A stretch of DNA of 64,000 nt. Source: an uncultured Acidobacteriota bacterium. GTDB taxonomy: Bacteria; Acidobacteriota; Thermoanaerobaculia; Multivoradales; UBA5704. A model generated the notes under the pieces. That model did not search any database. It had not been told where the DNA came from and saw only the letters and a program-made list of their open reading frames with translations. Below, in pieces: positions 60,201-64,000 of the stretch. Numbering within the stretch: position 1 is the first letter of the stretch; the number at the start of each line of letters is the position of its first letter. The position numbers and the translations under genes are program-made. Where the stretch lies: NCBI GenBank assembly GCA_963770895.1, contig CAVYRF010000003.1, positions 24,110 to 88,109 of the forward strand, given 5' to 3'.

Positions 60201-60698
60201 CGGCGCGGTGAAGAAGCCCTGCCAGAACGGGCGTGCCGGGCCCTGCTCGCTGGCGCCGAACAGAGTCCACCGCACGCGCCCCTTGTCGTCCTGGGTGCGG
60301 GTGAGGGCGAGCGGCAGGAGAGCCAGGTACCGTTCGTGCGCCGGCGCGCCGGTGCCGGCCAGCGGCTCGGGCCAATAGGGATTGCCCGCCAGCTTCATCT
60401 GGCCGATGCCGTGACCGCCCTGGCGGCGCCCCAGCCGCTCGAGCGAGCCCAGCAGCTCGCCGGCAAGGTGGGCCAGACCGGGGCGCAGCTCCAGGGCCTC
60501 TTCATATTCGGTGACCTGCCAGCCCCAGGGATCGGCGGCGGCGAGCGGCGGCAGCCCGTCCAGACCGCTGTAAGGGCGCCAGCCGACGGGCGGCGCCGGC
60601 ATGAATTCGGAGTAGGCGGGGATGGGGCGGGGGCCGCGCCGCCCGGACCTGGCGCGCGGCGTCAGCAGCTGTTGCCATCCTGGGGACGGTGCGCTCAC
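57249..60698 (-). CDS. Large protein: unrecognised N-terminal region fused to an M28 peptidase domain
   Basis: C-terminal IMADHYDTAY, GADDNHSAT, LTGEEFP, VLDMIAH, YNTDG, GYHDSQD; the ~750-aa N-terminus has no motif I recognise. Confidence 0.78.
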   Translation of the reverse strand: MSAPSPGWQQLLTPRARSGRRGPRPIPAYSEFMPAPPVGWRPYSGLDGLPPLAAADPWGWQVTEYEEALELRPGLAHLAGELLGSLERLGRRQGGHGIGQMKLAGNPYWPEPLAGTGAPAHERYLALLPLALTRTQDDKGRVRWTLFGASEQGPARPFWQGFFTAPGQEAPAAQGLAFLQRLVAMVGDGDAAANGAKAGAAGTVGGSGDDDRRADSGGGTPRAQDDAVRDLLAAGFRILTGGTAGDGGDGGENGNGGNGGEAGAPDGPLPGWTAPLRLADGKPIAGVRFLLTFRPFGRLPAAVRQAYLDGQLHLLPFPGSLLFWGAAPYRQLARELPLATQIPLLHPIARSEALHRLRVPQSGWLHEPHPDHPSPATQHGPIRNTFRRTHRWARVERTADELAVGGSEDRMAHVLFSAAADDLGLYGKPMARNAQIWNDDYTLLLDGPHAQRGQLAAAAQRLAAGGTFGYRFLYPAMRVGDYEVYWHRLLAALPAAGGGAPAMVPGAPLGYLTAYDAQRADLSHPVELWPRLLDRPGYRAAAAALARVAHRTSQAGTDAGTDAGTGEAADPAAAEAPPLAPPSAGTPLTATADGSPAMPGGSAGTGAASLAATKAAASDHRDASGVRKLLDARHLLGDAPLVPSFAAALVRLPKVATLDGWLDHLDARLPGEAAAAARAAIGGGAGTAAGAGAGANGDAAMDDAAPLTFRHTANRRFEVAYWRRIAFLATGRFINKDNADCVRDPATQRMLSHSQRDLDALADYLIDHYRRLIAACGMSGQALVGDLPFRWQTDFDYTWSGGWLGNSQGDLEERNVMMVIPGRDRSRAIIMADHYDTAYMEDRYGYMHGGHGPRLAAAGADDNHSATASLMLGAPIFMALSRAGQLACDVWLVHLTGEEFPSDCLGARHLAQSLVDGTLRLRSRPVTAAAPAATTAAAPAAAATPAGAPAGQPDGEPAWIDLAGTRVAGVYVLDMIAHNNDRRRDVFQLCPGAGGPAMRLALHAHLANRAWNDLAPGWNRRSRRGCRRGRRSADGKTLPAMALHPLLQGEVRPQSDPHSTLYNTDGQIFSDAGVPVVLFMENYDINRHGYHDSQDTLENIDLDYGAAVAAIAIEAVARAASDPGDTGASADSGDPGDSGDPGDPQPRRT

Positions 60699-60919
60699 CG
60701 GCGGCAGCCTCCTGGCTCAGGGTTGCGTGGCGGGCGTGCGGCTTGCGCCCCTGTCAACCTGGCCGCCGCCGCGATTATATCGGCGCGCCGCCGCGCGCAC
60801 CGCAACGGCGACGACACGACGGCGCCGGCAGCGCCTTGACGACGGGGCGGGTATACTTGAGCCAACGAAAAAGACACCCTGCCGCCGCCGGCGGCAGCGC
60901 CATGGCAAGGGGAGGTCCG

Positions 60920-61462
60920 ATGGATCAGCCGCGGATGCAAAGGGGCGAGCGGCGCCCGCCGCGCCGTGGCGCGCGACGCGAGCTGCTGGTCGTGCTGCTG
61001 GTGGTTCTGGCCGGCGGCGCCGCGGCGGCGCGCGGGGCGACCCTGGCCGAGCGCTCGGCGGCGTGCCGCGCTCGCGCCGGCGCCGAGGCGCCGGCCGCCG
61101 CGCCGCAAAGCTCCACCGCCGGCGCGGCCCAGGACGCGTCCGCCGGCCAGCCCGATCCGCCGTTCGACATGGTGCAGGGCGACGGGATCGTCCATCCCAA
61201 GGGACTCTACGTTCCAGCGCCTCAATACTGTAAGGAGGCCAGGCACGACCGCACCCAGGGTGTGGTCGTCGTCGCGACCGTGATCGATCGCGACGGCTGC
61301 CTGGAGGATCTCCACATCCTCAAGAGCCTGACGCCCTGTCTGGACAAAGCCGCGCTGACCACGCTCGCGGGCTGGGTCTACCAGCCGGCGACCCGCGACG
61401 GCCAGCCGGTGGCGGTCCATTACAAGCTGACCGTCACCTTCAGCACGACCCCCGGCAGCTAG
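60920..61462 (+). CDS. TonB C-terminal domain protein
   Basis: TM segment; PQYCKEAR...QGVVVV...IDRDG...LDKAAL...WVYQPATRDGQPV...VTF. Confidence 0.82.
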   Translation: MDQPRMQRGERRPPRRGARRELLVVLLVVLAGGAAAARGATLAERSAACRARAGAEAPAAAPQSSTAGAAQDASAGQPDPPFDMVQGDGIVHPKGLYVPAPQYCKEARHDRTQGVVVVATVIDRDGCLEDLHILKSLTPCLDKAALTTLAGWVYQPATRDGQPVAVHYKLTVTFSTTPGS

Positions 61463-62706
61463 TGGCCAGCCCGTCCGCCGCTCCGCGCCAGGTGTCGAGA
61501 GGCGGCCTTGCGGCGGCTGTCGCGCTGTGCGTCGTCGCCGCGTCGTGGATGGTGGTGGGAGGGCTCTCCACGCCGGCTTGTGCGGCAGCCGCGGCGGCTG
61601 CCGTGGCGACGCAGCCGGCGGCGGCCGGGGGGGCCGCCTCCGCCGCGCGCTTTGGCCCGGCGCCCGGTCCGCGTGGCGTCGAGGTGATGGACCTGGACTG
61701 GCTGGATCAGGATCGCAACCGGCCGGTGCCGGTGCGGATCTTCTTCCCGCGGCGCGACGCCGGGCCTTTTCCGGTGGTGGTCATGACGGCGGGCCAGCGG
61801 CGCTCGCGAGACAGCTTCGACCAGCTGGGCCGCCACCTGGGGAGCCAGGGATTCATCGCGGTGTTCGTGCCGCACGTCGACGGCGACGGTGCCGACGATG
61901 CCGGTGCCGCGGGCGCTGCCGCAGCTGGCGGCGCTGCCGGCGGCCGTGGTGGAGCCGGCGCCGGCGGCAGCGCCGCAAAGGTGGCCCCCGCGACGCCTAA
62001 ACCAGCGCCGGCGCCAGAGCCGGCGCGGGATCCACACGCCGGCATGACGCGGCTGCTCGACCTGGTGTTCGCGCTGGACCAGCTGTTCGCCATGGAAGCC
62101 ACCTCGCCGGTGCTGCGCGGCCGCATCGACCGCAAGCAGGTGGCGATTCTGGGGGCCGGAGCCGGGGCGTGGACGGCGCTCCAGGCCGCCGGCCTGGCAA
62201 GCAGCGGCAGGGACGGCAGCGAAAACTCGCTGCCCGACCCGCGGGTCAAGGCGCTGGTCCTGATCGCGGCCACCGCCATCGACGACGCGCGGCGCGCGCG
62301 GCTGCGCTTCGAGCACATCCGCGTGCCGTGTCTGGAGATCACCGTCGCCGGCGACCGCACCAGCCCGCCTGTCGCCGCCACGGCCGGCGGCGCGGTGGGT
62401 GCGGCGTCAGCCGGCCGCGGCGCTCCCGCCTCTGGCGGCGACCGGGGTGCCTCGGGTGCCGTCGCGGCCGACCGGGGTGCGGCCGCCGCCAGGTCCGCCA
62501 CGCAGCGCTTCCTGTACGATCGGCTGCGGGCCGGCGATACGGTGTGGGTGACCCCTGGCGCCGTGCAGGCCAGGACGGTGGTGACGGCCTTCCTGATGGC
62601 TTCCCTGAACCGCGACGCGGCGGCCAGGGACTGGCTCTTCAAGGGCGGCCTGGCCGCGGCCGCCGGCGCCGCCGGCCGGGTCGCAGCGCGCCCGGCCGCT
62701 CATTAG
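61462..62706 (+). CDS. Alpha/beta-hydrolase-fold protein (PAF-AH/dienelactone-like), likely degenerate
   Basis: WLDQDRNRPVPVRIFFP, GPFPVVV, GRIDRKQVAILGAGAG, DPRVKA. Confidence 0.6.
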   Translation: MASPSAAPRQVSRGGLAAAVALCVVAASWMVVGGLSTPACAAAAAAAVATQPAAAGGAASAARFGPAPGPRGVEVMDLDWLDQDRNRPVPVRIFFPRRDAGPFPVVVMTAGQRRSRDSFDQLGRHLGSQGFIAVFVPHVDGDGADDAGAAGAAAAGGAAGGRGGAGAGGSAAKVAPATPKPAPAPEPARDPHAGMTRLLDLVFALDQLFAMEATSPVLRGRIDRKQVAILGAGAGAWTALQAAGLASSGRDGSENSLPDPRVKALVLIAATAIDDARRARLRFEHIRVPCLEITVAGDRTSPPVAATAGGAVGAASAGRGAPASGGDRGASGAVAADRGAAAARSATQRFLYDRLRAGDTVWVTPGAVQARTVVTAFLMASLNRDAAARDWLFKGGLAAAAGAAGRVAARPAAH

Positions 62707-62772
62707 TCTTGGCCGACTGGAACACTGGAATCGTTGCAAGCCGCGGCGGACTGTTCAAGCGAGGAAACCAGC

Positions 62773-63084
62773 ATGTTCGATCTGTGCGATGTGACCGCCG
62801 AGCACTTCCTGCCGCACAAGGGGGACACCTACGTGGTGAGCGCCGCGCCGGCCGCGGGGCTGCCCCAGGACGTCGCCCTGGAGCTGGTCGAAGTCAACCA
62901 CTATCCGCCCCAGCCGGGGCGAGCCCGGACGCCCTTCTCCCTGGTGTTCCGCGGCCCCAGCGGCTGCTACCTGCCGCAGCGGATCTACCACCTGGAGCAC
63001 CCGGCGATGGGAGGCATGGAGCTATTCCTGGTGCCGATCCAGCCCCAGGCGGACGGGGCGCGGTTCGAGGCCGTGTTCAACTGA
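62773..63084 (+). CDS. DUF6916-like small protein
   Basis: LELVEV, PFSLVFRGP, LPQRIYHLEHP, LFLVPI, FEAVFN. Confidence 0.75.
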   Translation: MFDLCDVTAEHFLPHKGDTYVVSAAPAAGLPQDVALELVEVNHYPPQPGRARTPFSLVFRGPSGCYLPQRIYHLEHPAMGGMELFLVPIQPQADGARFEAVFN

Positions 63085-63682
63085 TCTCTGGGGCTGCAGG
63101 TCCCGCCGGGGCTGCCGCGGGGGGCACCGGCTGCTGGTCCGGCCGGCATTCCATCTGGTAGTAGATGCCGTGCTCGGCGATCTGGCGAAAACCCAGCCGC
63201 TGGTACAGCCGTAGCGCCGGGTTGAAGCGCTCGACGAAGATCTGTGCCGGCTTGCCGGCGGCCGCCGCTTCTGCCAGCACGCCGCACAGCACCGCGGTGC
63301 CGATGCCGCCGCCGCGGTGGGCGGGCAGCAGGGCGATGTCGACGACCAGCAGGGCGTCCGGGCGGCGCTGCACGTAGAGGCGCCCGGCGGGAGCTTGTTC
63401 GACCAGCAGGATCGACCATTCGGTATCGGGGTAGTTGGCCCGGTAGTCGGCCGTCTGGGCGCGGAACTGCATGCGCAGGAAGCCTTCTTTTTGCGCTTCC
63501 GTCCACGGCACCTGCGCCAGCTCCTCGGTGCGCGTGCTGGCATAGATGGCGTACAGCAGCTCATCGTCGGCGGCGAAGTCGACCGGCCGCGAGCTGATGG
63601 CGGCGCCGGACGGAGCGGCGCCCAGCGCCGCGTGGGGCGGGTCGCTGGGCGGCGGAGCCGGCGGCTGCGCGGGCGGCGTCAT
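63077..63682 (-). CDS. GNAT N-acetyltransferase
   Basis: IYASTRTEEL, MQFRAQ, PAGRLYV, DIALLPAHRGGGIGT, NPALRLYQRLGF. Confidence 0.88.
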   Translation of the reverse strand: MTPPAQPPAPPPSDPPHAALGAAPSGAAISSRPVDFAADDELLYAIYASTRTEELAQVPWTEAQKEGFLRMQFRAQTADYRANYPDTEWSILLVEQAPAGRLYVQRRPDALLVVDIALLPAHRGGGIGTAVLCGVLAEAAAAGKPAQIFVERFNPALRLYQRLGFRQIAEHGIYYQMECRPDQQPVPPAAAPAGPAAPEIS

Positions 63683-63698
63683 GGCGTTGCCGGCGCGC

Positions 63699-64000
63699 TC
63701 AGTGGCCGTCGCTGGCCGGAGCGGGGTGGAAGCCCTGGCGGGCCAGCTCGTCGCGCACGTCGTCGCGGCTGGGCGGTTCGTCCGCCGCGGGCCACAGGTC
63801 GCCCCAGTGCAGGCAGGTCGTCTGCGCGCGCGTGGAGGTCCAGCGCGGGTCCTTGCCGGCGGTGTCGGTCAGGCTGATCTCTTCGCACAGGGCCGGCCAG
63901 GTTTCGGGCTGGCCGATGTGCGGCTGGGAGCTGACGTGGGTGCGGTTGTCCTGCGTCGCCTCGAGCGAGAGCGGGCCGCCGCGCCGCCGCACTTCGCAAT
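63699..64000 (-). CDS. Hypothetical protein, 3' part only (truncated by the window edge)
   Basis: Open frame to the edge, GC3-rich codons, stop just upstream of the GNAT start. Confidence 0.5.
   Translation of the reverse strand, partial: CEVRRRGGPLSLEATQDNRTHVSSQPHIGQPETWPALCEEISLTDTAGKDPRWTSTRAQTTCLHWGDLWPAADEPPSRDDVRDELARQGFHPAPASDGH

Overview
Very GC-rich bacterial DNA. The gene content and a recurrent Cys-flanked C-terminal domain suggest Acidobacteriota, possibly Thermoanaerobaculia (inference). Most of the window is housekeeping and envelope genes: WecD-like GNAT, GT2s, aceE, YceI, M28 peptidases, a leuB/leuA-like pair, xerD, MFS, lytic transglycosylase, HAMP-PP2C phosphatase, sbcDC, ALDH, AmpG, 2OG-Fe oxygenase, BNR/VPS10 hydrolase and TonB-C. 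Notable points: (1) an unannotated 54-aa Cys/Ser/Thr-rich RiPP (lanthipeptide-like) precursor with no maturase nearby (48249-48413, -); (2) a tightly coupled nuoB-nuoCD-nuoI-korA-korB operon with no other complex I genes; (3) an 1815-aa DEDD exonuclease-RecQ-UvrD fusion; (4) two ~165-bp hairpin elements that share a core but have different inverted-repeat arms, at or next to TAG stops; (5) a scrambled 16-22 kb region with a STAND-TPR pseudogene, an IS701 remnant, a duplicated secreted-protein gene with an inverted piece, and a copied PP2C fragment; (6) a lower-GC single-gene islet bounded by a 23-bp direct repeat of the ampG 3' end; (7) a divergent HDLP-type carbamoyltransferase. No rRNA, tRNA or CRISPR array was seen.
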